A stretch of 63,939 nt of DNA, filler included, from Chiloscyllium plagiosum (GCF_004010195.1; 5 parts of 2 records of this genome joined end to end with filler, not necessarily neighbours in it), one strand, 5' to 3'; shown: positions 24,467-38,800, counted from the whole stretch's first letter. The notes: generated by a model from the letters alone, not told the origin. Translations and numbers: made by a program.

Positions 24467-26962
24467 CTGTAGAGGAGAAGATACTTGTTAATAAACTAAG
24501 CACTCTTCAAGCACGAGAACCTCAGATGAGAGGTGGAAGACTTTTTATATTATGAGACATAACTCAATAACTGGTAGACTTGAAATGAAAATTTACTGTA
24601 GATGAACCTGGATTCAAAGCCCATGCCTTTGCACTAATGTTGATCAATTTTAATTCAAGGAAAAAACTTCGGATGTAGAATAACAGATCTGTTACACACT
24701 ATGTGCCACGAACTATACAGAACTGTGATTCAGCTCTCAGTCATAATACTAATTGCAGTCCAACCAATATCAATGCCCTCCATGCATAAATGTCAGTTAT
24801 CTGCAGGCAAAATCTTCATGTTGAGAAAGATGCCATGCTTTTGTTAGTTTTAAACACATCTAACAGGAGAATACAAAGCTCTATAGGATTCCAAAGTGAC
24901 TCCATCAGACAGCAAAAGGAAATTTTAAACTTTGGTTTCACACCAGGCTAGAGTTCCAAATAAGTCATTGTATTTGAAATGTTAACTCTGTTTCTCTCTC
25001 CAGGTCAGCCAGACCTGCTGAGTTTTGTAGAACTTTGTGATTTTATTACAGATGGGCCATGCCCACTGAAGTTCCAATTGGTGCAAATTACCACTTAGTA
25101 TGTTTTTGGGAGCTTGATCAGATGAAAGAAAGAAGACACATTTGCACAGTTCCTTTCACAACCTTGGAACATTCAGTGTTTCTGGGCTAATTATGGACTT
25201 TTGAAGATGCAGTAACGTAGGAAGTATAGCAGTCCATTTGCGATCAGCCAAGTTCCTTAAAACAGTAATGCTATAATATTTGGATGAACCAGTTTTCAGT
25301 GATTTCGGACTGAGGGATAATTGTTGACTAGAACACCAGGGGAAAAAAAAAATTCTCTTCAAAATAATGGCTCTGGGTTTTTTTTTCAGCTTCTGTCTAT
25401 GGGGTATTACAGGTTCTTGTTTAACATGTTCTCTGAAAGAAAACCTTTAACACACTGTCCATTGCCTGGATTTGCAGGTCCTGTTGAGATCACATCTTCA
25501 GAAGTATTCACTGATTCTTTCGAACCAAACTTTGCCCGTCTCCTCCCATGCATCCTTAAACCAACCATGACATCCCAGTCCCATCTCAAGACTTCATGTG
25601 AAATTAGCCACTGCCAAAATGCACCATTTTGACCAAGCTTTCAGTCACCTTTCTATTATCTCCTTATGCAGATTAGAATCAAACTCTGTTTGATGGCACT
25701 CTTACAAAGTGTTTTGGGATATTTTCTGCAGAGGTGCTACATAAATGTAACTTGTTGAGTAGCAATTAATGCCATTCTACCTATTTAACTCCCACTGATT
25801 TTTTTAATCTAGTCTTCTACCAAGCAAAAAAAACTTAAAGCCAAAACATTTGAAAGCAGTAACCATGATAACCTGACTGCAAGCTTGGTCCCTTAGACTG
25901 TGTTACCGGAAATACAACAGTGGCACAATTCAAGGTACTTGACATAAAGCCAGTGTCGCTTGCAGTCATGAAACAAGCATCTCAATATTATGGTAGAAGG
26001 ACTCAAATTTCCAGAACTATTGGTCAGTGTATTGAGTATAGGAGTTGGGAGGTCATGCTGTAGCTATGCAGGACATTGGTTAGACCACTTTTGAAATATT
26101 ATGTGCAATTCTGGTCTCCCTGCTATAGGAAGAATATTGTGAAACTTGAAAAGGGTTCAGAAAAGATTTACAAGGATGTTGCCAGTTTTGGAGGGTTTGA
26201 GCAATAGGGAGAGTCTGAATAGGCTGGGGCTATTTTCCCTAGAGGGGTGACCTTCTAGGAGGTTTATAAAAACATAAGGGACATGGATAGGATAAATACA
26301 CAGGGTCTTTTCCCCAGCTGGGGGAGTCCAGAACTAGATGACAAAGGTTTAAGGTGAGAGGGAAAAGATTTAAAAGGGATCTAAGGGGCAATTATTTTCA
26401 TGCAAACAGTGGTGCATATATGAAATGAGCTGCAAGAGGATGTTGTGATGCTATTACAACATTTAGAAGGGATCTGGATAGGTAAATGAATAAGAAGGGT
26501 TTAGAGGGATATGGGCCAAGTGCTGGGAAATGGGACTAGATCTATTTAGAATATCTGGTTGGCAGGGACAAGTTGGATTGAAGGATCTGTTTCCGTGCTG
26601 TACACATCTACGAATCTATAACTATAGCTTGAAGTGTTAGTTTATTCCGATCTTTTAAAACCTCTTACAACACTGCACTGCAACATAAAAATTAGACAAA
26701 CTAGAAATATAAATGTTGATTGATCTGATACAAAGCATTGAAACACTTGAAAGCCTCCAGTCTGTAACAAGTTCATTAATATCTCAGCTGGGTTGGAGTC
26801 AAAACACCATAGTTAACCTTAGGTCTAAGGTGTGAAAGGCATTCTAAGAATGTACCGTTGTTCTTGATAAAACATAGCCTCATGCATGCTGGAACTGAGA
26901 ATTCCAAACTCAGCAACTTCAGAATAGTGGGGGTCACAACCAAATCGTAAAACCCTTTTTAC

Positions 26963-27156
26963 CTCCATGCTCCTCTTCATCCTCTTCATCCTCATCCGAA
27001 TATCTCTTGACTTGTCTTCCTCTCAACCGCCAACTCCTCCTCATTGGCTCCACGTATTTCCGGTGCCTCCCTCGCCGAACCTCAAAACCCTCGTCGTCAT
27101 TTGAGGCAGGGTCTGCCTCACTATCTCTGTCAGAGATCTCAAATTCTTCTTCACTG
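26963..27156 (-). CDS. RSF1: RSF1-like internal exon (194 nt, or 191 nt with the alternative acceptor)
   Basis: Encodes SEEEFEISDRDSEADPASNDDEGFEVRR...PMRRSWRLRGRQVKRYSDEDEEDEEEHG (RSF1: DPPSNDD..PMRQSRRLR..KYSDDDEEE). Acceptor TTTAGCAG, donor G|GTAAAA. Confidence 0.9.
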
Positions 27157-27723
27157 CTAAATGGGCAAATGTTATTTTTTTTTTTAAAAGTGATTAACTG
27201 TGGTTCATCGCTGGCTTGCTCTGTCACATATGTTCTTTTAAGTGACATTAGCTACCACAAAAGATATCAAAGAATGTGAATACATGAAAATTGAATTGGC
27301 ATGTGGACATAAAGTGTCAGCACTTTCTAACTACTGTTTATTTTTCAAAAATAATATTTGCCTTGAGACAGAACAGCTCATGAAAAAGATATTGGCCATC
27401 TACTGCTACATCCTGTGTTAATACCCAGAATAATGAAAGGAGAAACCTCTTAGGGTTCAAGGTAAATTCTGTTTCAGTAGCCTCATTTCACTCTCTTGCT
27501 ACAGGACTCCCAAGTGATAATGTCTCTACCTTTCAGGCAGGTATTATCCCTACTCCTGAAGTTCAAGTCCCAACTGCTTCAGAGGTGATTAGATTGTTTA
27601 GAAAATCTCCAATTTCTGATCTAACAGCCCAAAACAGGTAATCTACCTCAAAACCAAGAGTAGGTCATTCGCCCCTTTATGCCTAGTGGCCAGTCAATTA
27701 GATCCTGGCTAATGCATAACTCA

Positions 27724-27915
27724 GAGGAGAAAGTGAGGTCTGCAGATGCTGGAAATGTGTTGCTGGAACAGCGCAGCAGGTCAGACAGCATCCAGGGAAC
27801 AGGAGAATCGACATTTCGGGCATAAGCCTGAAGAAGGGCTTATGCCCGAAACGTCGATTCTCCTGTTCCCTGGATGCTGTCTGACCTGCTGCGCTGTTCC
27901 AGCAACACATTTTCA
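27724..27915. mobile_element. Palindromic short PLE-derived insert with hammerhead motif, in an RSF1 intron
   Basis: About 76-bp arms (27753-27828 / 27837-27912) with one mismatch. 16-bp TSD GCTAATGCATAACTCA. Core CTGAAGA-A-GGGC-TTAT-GCCC-GAAA-CGTC. Confidence 0.88.
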
Positions 27916-29940
27916 GCTAATGCATAACTCAACTTTATTAATATCCTTGAATACCCTTATTCAACTAATCCATCTAAATCTGAAAAGCACGAATAGCTGG
28001 ATGCTTCTAAAGAGAATTCCAGTGATGTGACTCAAAGTGCTTCCTGATGTCCCTCCTAAATTGCACTCATTAACTTCAGCATTACATTCCCTCATTCTAT
28101 ATTTCCCAACACTTTTCTTATTACTACTCCATGCAACATTTTAAATATATGAACAAGTAGAAATAAGTCATTTGAGCTCTGGAGCTTGCTCCACCATTCA
28201 ATAAAATCTGACTGTAAAGTGAAATCTGTATTCCTGCCTAACACTATTAACATTTTGCCGCCTTGCATACTAAGAATCTACCAGGGTGAGAAGTAGCAGT
28301 GATCATAGAAATTTACACCATGGAAGGAGATCATTCAGTTTATTGTGTGTAGAACAGTTGCCAGCAGCTCCACAGCCTGATCCCACCTTCCAGCACTTAG
28401 TCGGTAGCACTGTACCTTATAGGCACTTCAAGTGAATGCTGAATGTTTCTGCTTCTCCCACATTTTCAGGCAGTGAGTTCCATACCCCACTACCCTCTAT
28501 GAAAAACAAACATCTAGAATCCCCATTAAACTCATACTCTTTGCATTAAATCTATGCTCCCTGGGCCCTCAACCCAGGGAGTCCTATTTCTAACCACAGT
28601 TTATCCACACCCCCTTATAATTTCACACGCTCCAATTAGATCTGTTCTGAATCAGAACAACCCTTGCCGATCTAGCTTTCCTTCATGACTAAATATTTTC
28701 TAAAGCAGGCAACATTCTTTTAAACCTGTAGAAAATGTAAAAGTTCAAACATGATGCTACTGAATGACAGGACCACATGTATACTCCTGCTATTTCCTCT
28801 ACTCCTGACATTATATCTGATGGTTCTAGTTAGTGCTGTTTTAGTTCTTCTTGATCTCAAAAGTTCACCCTTCACTCGTGGCATATTTACTACTTAACAG
28901 TGACTGACCTTGTGAAATTAGTACGGCATAATTCTATATCAGATTCAAAACCAATTCACCAAATTTGGAAAAGCTTTGACCATGCTCAGATAGATACACA
29001 ATTAAATGTTGTTCCTTCAAGAGTGAGTGGGCTGGGATAGCATTGTAGAGAAAACAGATGAAATGTGGTTCCTGGACTGGCTTCAATTGCATCAGAAGTT
29101 GATGGAGAGCTATCCAAAAGAGGTGTTTTCTCTTGGGCCTGGTTTTTTATTTTTTTTGCTCCTCCTCAGAGATTATATGGCCGTGGACAGGTAGGACTAG
29201 GGAGGAGTGGGGTGGGCAAGTTCCTAGTCATCCAAGGTCAAATTCCTGGCTTGTCAGCCTCAAGATTAGGAGCTAAGAAGGCCCACTATATGCTTGTGAC
29301 ATCTTTTTGAGACAGTAGTCACATGTTAAAAAAAGTCATCTTTCTTTTTGTCAAGTAATTTAAACGCGTGTCCTGATTGTTGACCCTCTTGCCAATAGAA
29401 ACAATTTATGTATTCCATCAAAACCAATTATAATTTTGTATATGATTATTATTAGACCTTCCCTTTATCCCTTTGCTCTAAGTGTACATTGACAATGCTT
29501 GCACGGCTGTATTTGTTACACATTCTAAATTGCTGAGACCAAGGTTAAGCCTTACCCCATGGTACTGCTGCAATTAACTTTCAAGATGGTGTTAGATGCC
29601 TAAAGAACAGTTACTAAGTGTATACACTAGGGGCTAGTGGTACTTTTGAGCTGTCTCCAAAGGAAAGGGATCGAAAATATGCAGAATGGGAATATATAGA
29701 TAATATAGACCAAAGACTGTTTGTTTTCCAGACAGTGGTGGTGCTCCTAATGCAGATGAAGCTCTTCCCATTCCAACTACTTCAACTCATCCTTTCAGCA
29801 TCACCTTTCTATTTCCCGTTCTCTCCATGTAATCTCACCCAGATTCTCTTTAAAAGCAACTGAACTATTTGCCTCAGCCACGTAGAGTTTTAGGTTTGTG
29901 TGTATGGAAATCAAAAGAGAAAGAAAGAAATTATCCTCAC

Positions 29941-30148
29941 CTTTCACTTATCCTGAACTCCTCCTCACTCTCATCTTCTTCAAGGGTGCTATCACTGTCA
30001 AGATCATTAAGTCTTCGCCTTTTCTTGCGTCTACAGGCAGCTTCACGTGTTGGTCGCTTGCTCTCTTTAGACCCTGCGAGTATAGTAGAGATATCTTTCC
30101 CTAAGGACTGTCCAGTGATATTTGCCATATCTTTGCCTCGTCCAGCAC
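29941..30148 (-). CDS. RSF1: RSF1-like internal exon (208 nt)
   Basis: AG/GT bounded. Encodes GAGRGKDMANITGQSLGKDISTIL...RRKKRRRLNDLDSDSTLEEDESEEEFRISE, close to RSF1 RRKKRRRLNDLDSDS. Phases agree with neighbouring exons. Confidence 0.95.
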
Positions 30149-31248
30149 CTAATGGATTAAAATGCAAAACAAAAAGCACCCAAAGTCAAAAATAATTAAG
30201 TCCTGAGTGAGGAATGGAGTTTTCTTACCTGTGGGACTTCAACAGATTTTGCTGAAACAATCACAGGAATAAAATTCAAATTACCATTAAGCAATGTGCA
30301 CTTGCTCAAAATGGAATCATTTTATCCCCTAAGGGCCAAAGCCCAAAGTTCTACTGAGGTTGAAAAAATACGAGGGATTACAAAATGTCAAACATTCGTG
30401 GTTAGATAGACTTAAGCTACGGTTTGAAGATAATAGGGAAGAATTAAACATAGAACAGTACAGTACTGGCTCTTTGGAACAGTGAAGGTGTCACAACACT
30501 CTTATGATTCAGGAGAACAGCAAGTTCAAACCTAGATCTGCTAAATTTATTTAAATTCTTATCTATGTCATCTCCTTCCCAGAGTCCCCTCACCATTCAA
30601 TAGGATAATGCCTGATATTCTACCTCAGCCTCACTTTCCCACCTTACCCTTACTGCCCAAGAAATTAGTAATCATTATCTTGAATACACCATGACGGGAC
30701 ACCTGCAGCTCTCTTGGGTACAGTATGCTAAAGGTCCATCACTCAGTGAAGAAATTAGTCCTCACTTCAGGCCTAAATGGATAACATTTATTCTGAAAAT
30801 GACTTCTTGTTATTCTGAAATTCCCAGACAGCAGAACAAATGCCCAATATCTAGTAAGGATGCCTTCTTTCAATACAATTAGAACGCATGGACCAGCTTG
30901 AGAAAATCTTCAAACAAAACTTTGCCTTTGGATTTTCAGTTCTCAATCGTTAATACTGTGAATTAGCTGAACATCAATGGTCACACATGGCCTATTCATA
31001 GACAATTATGTCTTTGGAGAGATAGTGCATTTAGGATGCAAGTATGCACTCAGTGCCCATTCTCGCCAATATGTTCTGCCTTATGAATAACAGTGACCTG
31101 ACTTAAAAAGAAACCAGCACCCGATTTACTCACATGAAAAGGGTAAGAAGGGGAAAGTCAGAAATAAATTTCCAAACACAAGGTAATGAATGAAGGATAT
31201 TGGTGAGAAGAGAATCAAGAGGTGAAAAGACTGACGTGTGACAATGAC

Positions 31249-31316
31249 CTTTGCCCTCTGCCTCCTGTATGTCTTCATGTATTGCTTCATCGATTGCATC
31301 ATCAAACTCGTCAAAC
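31249..31316 (-). CDS. RSF1: RSF1-like internal exon (68 nt)
   Basis: Acceptor ...CTCTGCAG. Encodes FDEFDDAIDEAIHEDIQEAEGK (RSF1: FDEFDEAIDEAIEDDIKEADGG). Phase 2 in, phase 1 out; donor GTCATT. Confidence 0.93.
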
Positions 31317-31867
31317 CTGCAGAGTAAAAACAAGACTGTATATAGATCATTTGTGATTCTCTAGCTACAACAAGGCTTCCAGTTGGAACACAATCTTTGC
31401 AGAACAGGAAAACTGTGCAAGACCAGTACGCTGCATTTGCAGAAAAAGACTCATTTATAAAAAAAAACCAAGTCACATTATACAGCAATTGTTCAGCAGT
31501 TCAGAGCAAACAGTAGTTGATCTATCATTAGACACAATTGCCTTGATTGGCCAAATGACCTTTTATGTTGCACTATTATTTACCCTCTTAATTGGTTTAA
31601 TTCACCGATTGTGCTTCATAGTGCAAACCATCCATGATAACAGTGGTGTGAATTGGAGGCCAAGATCTCCATGAATCTGATTACTGTGATCACAGAGGGA
31701 CAAAATAATTTCTCTCAGCCCAATAATACAACAAGGAAAGCCACTTGCTGCCTTCTCTCTCTCTCACCTTTGGCCCTTGGGAGTCCCTTCACCAACCTCT
31801 GGTCTGGACTGGGATTTAGATGCATTTTTTCACTTGTGATTTCCACTTAGCAAGACAATATGGAATG

Positions 31868-32093
31868 TAACAAACAGAAATTGCTGGAGAAACTTAATGG
31901 ATCTTGCAGCGTCTGTCAGTAGAAAGCAGAGTTAATGTTTTGAGTCCAGAGACTCTTCATCAGAACTGATTCAAATGGACTTGAAACATTAACTTTGCTT
32001 TCTATTGACAGATGCTGCAAGGTCTGCTGAGTTTCTCCAGCAATTTCTGTTTTTGTTTCAGATCTCTAGCATCATAGTTCATTGTTTTATTTT
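31868..32093. mobile_element. Ancient palindromic PLE-derived insert
   Basis: Degenerate inverted repeat AAACAGAAATTGCTGGAGAAACT...AGTTTCTCCAGCAATTTCTGTTT with 11-bp TSD AATATGGAATG. Decayed core CTGATGAAGAGTC..GACTC on minus. Confidence 0.65.
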
Positions 32094-32365
32094 AATATGG
32101 AATGGAATTAAATGGGGGGATAGGTCATTTGTCCACTTTAGTCTGCTCTGCCACGCAAGGAGGTCATGGCTGATCTGACTGTAACCTTGTCTCCATGTTC
32201 TTGCCTATCCCCATATAGGTTTTCATCCCCTTACTGATCAAGATTCTACCTACCTCTGCCTTAAAAATATTCAAGGACCCTGCTTCCCATCCATTGCCTT
32301 TTCAGGAAGAGGATGCCAAAAGATTTGCAACCCACTGTGGCAATTCATCTCTTTATCTGTCATCA

Positions 32366-32965
32366 AGTCATAGAGATGCACAGCTTGGAAACAGGTCCTT
32401 CAGTCCAACTCATCCATGCCGACCAGATATTCTAAATTAATCTAGTCCCATTTGTCAGCACTTGGCCCATATCCCGCTATTCATATCTCCATCCAGATGC
32501 CTTCTGAAATGTTGTAGTTGTACCAGCCTCCACCACTTTCTCTGGCAACTCATTCTATACACACACCACCATCTGCATGAAGAAGCTGCCCCTTACATCC
32601 CTTTTACATCTTTCCCCTCTCACCCTAAAACTATGCCCTCTGATTCTGGACTCTCCCACCCCAGGGAAACTACCTTCTCTGTTTACCCGATCCATGCCTC
32701 TCATGATTTTATAAACCTCTAAAAGGTCACTCCTCAGCCTGCGATGCTCCAGGGAAAACAGACCCAGCCTATTCAGCCTCTCCCCCTATAGCTCGAACCC
32801 TCCAACCCTGGCAACATCTTTGTAAATCTTTTCTGAATCCTTTCAAGTTTCACAACATCTTTCCTATAGGAGAGAGACTAGAATTGCACACAGTATTCCA
32901 AAAGTGGCCTAACCAATGTCTGTACAGCTGCAATGTGACCTCCCAACTCGTATACTTAATGCTCT
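32366..32965 (-). mobile_element. CR1 (HER1-like) 3' end
   Basis: Reverse complement of the 1-790 family. Confidence 0.85.
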
Positions 32966-34249
32966 GTCTTAAAGGAATATATTATTTTTAAACAGTGACC
33001 TTTAGATCTAGATTCTGCCACAAAAAGAAACATCTCTTCCATAGCCAGCTTGTCAAGCGCCCTCTGTTGGGTCTTGCCAGTTGTTATCCTGTACTAGGAG
33101 TGCTTTTCCCAATAAGCAATTAAGAGGATGGTCGAAATCCCTTCTCACAGGGTTCCTTTCCTTTATTTTTTCATAGAACATGGACATTACTGATGCCTGT
33201 CACTGACTGCCCTTGAAGTAAGCCTAACATTAGTAAGGGGGAAAATGCTCGAGTCTGCTATAAAATATACATGATAACAGGAAAACATTAACAGGACTGG
33301 GCAAAGCCAGCACGGGTTTATGAAAGACAAATTATGTTTAACAAATTTACTGGAGTTTTACGAGGGTGCCACTAGTAGCATAGTGAAGTGAAAGCCAGCG
33401 AATGTCATGTATTTGCGTTTTCAGATGGGTTTTGATTACGTCCCTCAAAAGAGGTTAGTGGGCAAAGTTGAAGTGCAAGGGGTGGGGGTAATATATTGGC
33501 ATGGATTCAGAATTAGTTAACAACAGGAAACAGAAAGAAGAACAAATGGGTCTTTTTTCCTTTTTGCAAGCAGTGACTACTGGGATACTGCAACAGTCAG
33601 TGCTTGGACCCCAGTTATTTACTATGTGTATCAATTACCTGGATGAGGGAACCAAATGCAACATTTTCAAATTTGTTGATGACACAATAATACTGGATGG
33701 GATTAAAAATTATAAAAAAAGATGCTATTATCACTATGGCACCATCTGCCCAAGTCAGAACATTTCTTACTGTGAGCAGTAAGGAAACCTGGAGCCCCCT
33801 AAAGAAAGCCAGCAATCTTCGCAATACATCTGCTTGACTCAACAGCAGCAGCTGCTTTCTCTTCTTTGATTCAAAGCCTTTTCTAGGCACGAGAACACAA
33901 CCCACAATCTAATGATATTGTGGGGGACTGCTGGAAGCATCATTTTTCATTAATACAGACTTGTAATGATATAATGCCTTTCATAACCACCGGATATCTC
34001 AAAGCACATTACAGCCAATGAAGAATTGCATAAATTAGGCCTTTGTTTTCTATAATTTAGAAAGTTAAGAGATTGAAGTCTTCAAGATATTAACAGGAAA
34101 AGACAGGGTAGATAAAGATAAACTCTTTCCACTGATAGAGGATTCTAGAACTAAGGCGGTCTGAGAATAATGGCCAGACCGTTCAGGAGAGATGTTAGGA
34201 AGCAATTCTAACTTGTAGTCCAGCAAGTAGGCTAGCTGTTTGTCAGGAT

Positions 34250-35296
34250 GTCCAAGTGTGTGGGGAGGCTGTGAAGAAGGTATCACTGACAGGGAATATT
34301 TGCGGACACAGAGATGGGTTCAAGTGCGCATACTTCAACGCAAGGAGTATCAGAAATAAGGTCGGTGAACTTAAGGCATGGATAGGTACCTGGGACTACG
34401 ATGTTGTGGCCATCACGGAAACGTGGATAGAAGAGGGACAGGAATGGTTGTTGGAGGTTCCTGGTTACAGATGTTTCAGTAGGATTCGGGAGAGTGGTAA
34501 AAAAGGAGGGGGGGGTGGCATTGCTAATTAGAAATAGTATAACAGCTGCAGAAAGGCAGTTCGAGGGGGATCTGCCTTTAGAGATAGTATGGGCTGAAGT
34601 CAGAAATAGGAAAGGTGCAGTCATCTTGTTGGGTGTTTACTATAGGCCCCCCCAATAGCAGCAGAGGTGTGGAGAAACAGATTTTGGAAAGGTGCAGAAG
34701 CCACAGGGCAGTAGTCATGGGCGATTTCAACTTCCCAAATATTGATTGGAAGCTCTTTAGATCAAGTAGATTGGATGGGGCGGTTTTGTGCAGTGTGTCC
34801 AGGAAGCTTTTCTAACACAGTATGTAGATTGTCCGATCAGAGGGGAGGCCATTTTGGATTTGGTACTCGATAATGAACCGGGACAAGTGATGGGCTTGTT
34901 AGTGGGTGAACATTTTGGTGATGGTGACCACAATTCTGTGACTTTCACCTTGGTTATGGAGAGAGATAGGTGCGCACAACAAGGTAGATTTTATAATTGG
35001 GGGAAGGGAAATTACGATGCTGTAAGGCAGGATTAGAGGAGCATACGTAGGGAGCATAGGCTGTCAGGGAAGGATGTCGTGGAAATGTGGAACTTTTTCA
35101 AGGAACAGATACGACGTGTACTTGATATGTATGTACCTGTCAGGCAGGAAAGAAATGGTCGTGTGAAGGAGCCTTGGTTGACGAGAGAGGTTGAATGTCT
35201 GGCAAAGAGGAAGAAGGAGGCTTACATAAGGTTGAGGAAACAGGATTCAGACAGAGCAGTGGAGGGATACAGGATAGCCAGAAAGGACCTGAAGAA
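34250..35296 (+). mobile_element. CR1 LINE ORF2 APE-endonuclease region, truncated by a gap
   Basis: YFNARSIRNK, DVVAITETW, VVMGDFNFPNIDW, AILDLVL, GDGDHN. Confidence 0.92.
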
Positions 35297-35396
35297 NNNN
35301 NNNNNNNNNNNNNNNNNNNNNNNNNNNNNNNNNNNNNNNNTTAATTAATTAANNNNNNNNNNNNNNNNNNNNNNNNNNNNNNNNNNNNNNNNNNNN

Positions 35397-35871
35397 AGAT
35401 TTACAGGGATGTTGCCAGGGTTGGAGAATTTGAGCTATAGGGAGAGGCTGAACAGGCTGGGGCTGTTTTTCCTGGAGCGTCGGAGGCTGAGGGGTGACCT
35501 TATATAGAGGTTTACAAAATTATGAGGGACATATAGGGTAAATAGGCAAAGTCTTTTCCCTGGTGTCAGGGAGTCCAGAACGAGAGGGCATAGGTTTAGG
35601 GTGAGAGGGGAAAGATATAAAAGAGACCTAAGGGGTAACTTTTTCACGCAGAGGGTGGTACGGGTATGGAATGAGCTGCCAGAGGAAGTGGTGGAGGCTG
35701 GTACAATTGCAACATTTACGAGGCATTTGGATGGGTACATGGATAGGAAGGGTTTGAAGGGATATGGGCCGGGTGCTAGCAGGTGGGACTAGATTGGGTT
35801 GGGATATCTGGTCGGCCTGGACGAGTTGGATTCAAGGGTTTGTTTCCGTGCTGTACATCTCCATGACTCTA
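35397..35871 (+). mobile_element. CR1 (HER1-like) 3' end
   Basis: RGNFFTQRVVRVWNELPEEVVEAGT plus 3' UTR. Confidence 0.9.
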
Positions 35872-38800
35872 TTGCATAATTGTAATGGCTCCTCTTAGGA
35901 CACCTTCAACTTTCAAAAAAAAAGACCCAATCGATTCATCCATTCCTGATGGATTTATCCATTTGCATGCGCTCTGCCTGAAGGCAGATCTTTGGCTCAA
36001 AAGTCTGCCGATGCTTCATCTTGTACAGTTTTCTTGGCAGTATGTCAGTGGTGGTTTATAATCTCACAATTCTGATGTCTCTATGTTAGTCTCCAGTATT
36101 CCCACATCCTTCTTATAATATGGAAAGCAGTATTGTAAATTATATTCCAAATACTTTGCTTTAAATGGTTATCTTTAAGAACAGGTCCTGCTCCTCGGAT
36201 GCTGCCTGAACTGCTGTGCTTTTCCAGCACCACTCTACTCCAGAATGGCAGCACTTTAACAACTTCATGCAATGTGTTACAGTTTAACAACTTCGCACAG
36301 CCAGTGAGAATGTAGGGTTTCTATCTAGATAACTGGTTTGGTTCAGGAGTCCCCTCTGGCATGGCAGTCTCTGCTCCATTTGTTGCAGATGAAGGAATTG
36401 GGCCAAGAAACTGCAGGATTCACTGCCCAAGTTCTTTTATGGCCTCTTTCCAATCAGATGAGCTTTCTATTGTTCTTCACCCTCTTCAAAGTCTGCTCTT
36501 ACTAGTCATAATCCAGTTTATATCCTACTTACTAAGTTGAATCAAACCTCCATCATCCAGTGGAGGTTTTTTGCCTCATGTTGCAAATACGTTTCTAGGA
36601 TCCTGTTTTGAGATTCACATGGAGGTAAAATGTATTGTTAGGAGTGCACAGCTCAAAACATAGAAATATTATTTGATGTCTAGACTTGCTTTTGGGAAAT
36701 AAGAAACTGGGAAAGCTGATTAGCAAATCATATTCTGCATTTTTCTTATGAGTCAGGTATCAGAAATTAACAACTTATTCTTCATACGCAAACAATTCAT
36801 CACAGCATTGAATCCAGCACCTTGATAATACAATACACCTCCTTATGGATCCCAAATAGACAGAATTTCCAGATTGGAAATATAATATATGTACACTACA
36901 ATGTAAACAAAACAATTTCTAATTACGAAGGCACTCCAAGTCTTCAGTGTTCAGATACAGAATTTAAAAACGCAGTGTAGTTGGTTGATGCATTTTTGCA
37001 ACAGATGAAAGACCACATAAACATGTCTAGGTGAAATTTGACCTGAAGGAATTTCTCACATCTTCAAACAACAGCCTTCATATAAACAAGGACTCAAGAG
37101 TGACATAGCTCAAAGTTATTTTCTAACAGAATGACATTAATCACTGCCTTCAGGAGAGAAAAGGGGGGAGGGGAGCTTTGGGTTTTTTTTGCCCTGAAAT
37201 GTAAAACACTCACTTCAAACTATGGAACATTTGCACATTTTCCAAATTCCTGCTCACTTTGTACTGCACACCATCAGGCAATTCATCAGATCTATAGCCT
37301 AATGTTTTATTTGACTCAAGATAACAAAGAATTTCAGTGGGCCAATGAAATAGTGACCATTCGCTGTCAACTCAGGAGAGGTAAAGAAAAGATAGAGATC
37401 TCCAAACCTTGGAGCAATCCTTGAACATTGAAAGCTTTGTGTCCCTTTGTAGTTTGAGAATGTCAAGGAATAAGTAAAATCAACGTTTGCCTGTAATAGA
37501 GCTAATCAGTGAAGAACCACAACAAGATAGCTGTAATCTTTTATAATCAACTCCTGTTCATCTGAGCTAGGGGTGTAGGAATTCTTCCAGTGAGTTAAAA
37601 TTGTTATATTTAAGTACAGCTTCGCCAAGAACTAAATCAGCATGTATGAGAACGACCTGTACACAATCAAAAAAAGCAAAGCAGTCACCTCACAATCATG
37701 CTTCATTACATTACACTGCATCTCCTGTTCCATGTACACATTGTCCTAACATTTAACATTGGATTAATTAGGTGGTAACTATGACAGAAAATTTACTTGA
37801 AATAAATTGGGATTTGCTATCGATATTAAAGAGGAACAGGTTACTGGAGTGAACGTGTGCAAGCTTATGAATCCTCATTGTATTATCCCAAGCAACATTT
37901 AAAATTGTAATATTTATGCCCCTTAAAACTTCTTCCTTTATCAAGTATTTTTAACTTATTTCTATCCCTTCACTTCATCAATCCTGGTGCCAGTATTAAT
38001 GCATGATTAGCTAAAAAAGCCCTTAAACTATTGCTTTAAAGCATATCTTATTAATTTTGTGGCATAATTAAACATAGAACTGTGGATGCTGGAGATCTGA
38101 AACAAAAACAGAAATTACGAGTGAAACTCCAGCAGGTCTGGCAGCACCTGTGGGGAGAAAGCAGAGTTAACACAGAGTCCGGTGATGAAGGTCATTCCAA
38201 ATTTCAGTTTTACTTTAGTGCTGCATTTTTTAAAACCACTTCTACAGCAGAGCCATGTTGTCTCTCAGTCCAGCAGAGCCATGATTTAAAAATTCTCATC
38301 CAGGTGTTTAAATCTGACCATGATCTTACCCTTTCCTATTTATAACATTCTCATATGTTGCACTTCAAGAGAACTTCTGCATTCCTCCAATTCTGGTTTC
38401 TTGCATCTTCAACATCTTTCATACAACCATTATGATAGTTTGTCTTTACCAGCAAAGCTTCAAAAGAGCTGGAATTACCTTCTGAAACTTTTCTATGCTC
38501 TGCCTCCACCTTCATAACCACTATGCCTAGATCTACAGAAGTTGTTTGAGAACATGCCACAAAGACTATTGTGGAAAATAAAAAGTAGGGGGTAACATAA
38601 TGGCATGGATAGAAGACTGGTTAGGTAACAGGAAACAAAAATCAAGCATAAGCGGTTCTTTTGTGGTTAACAGGACATAACAAATGGTGCGCCACAAAGA
38701 TCAGCGCTGCTGCCTCAACCTTTTATAATTTACATCAATATGTTGGATTCATTGTTTTAAAATTAATTCATAGGACGTAGGTTTCATTGGCTGGGCATAA

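Noticed and set aside
33751..33908. AG/GT-bounded open segment in the RSF1 intron (ORF 33615..33905)
   Set aside because: No frame resembles RSF1 or any protein I recognise; adjacent to old CR1 debris.
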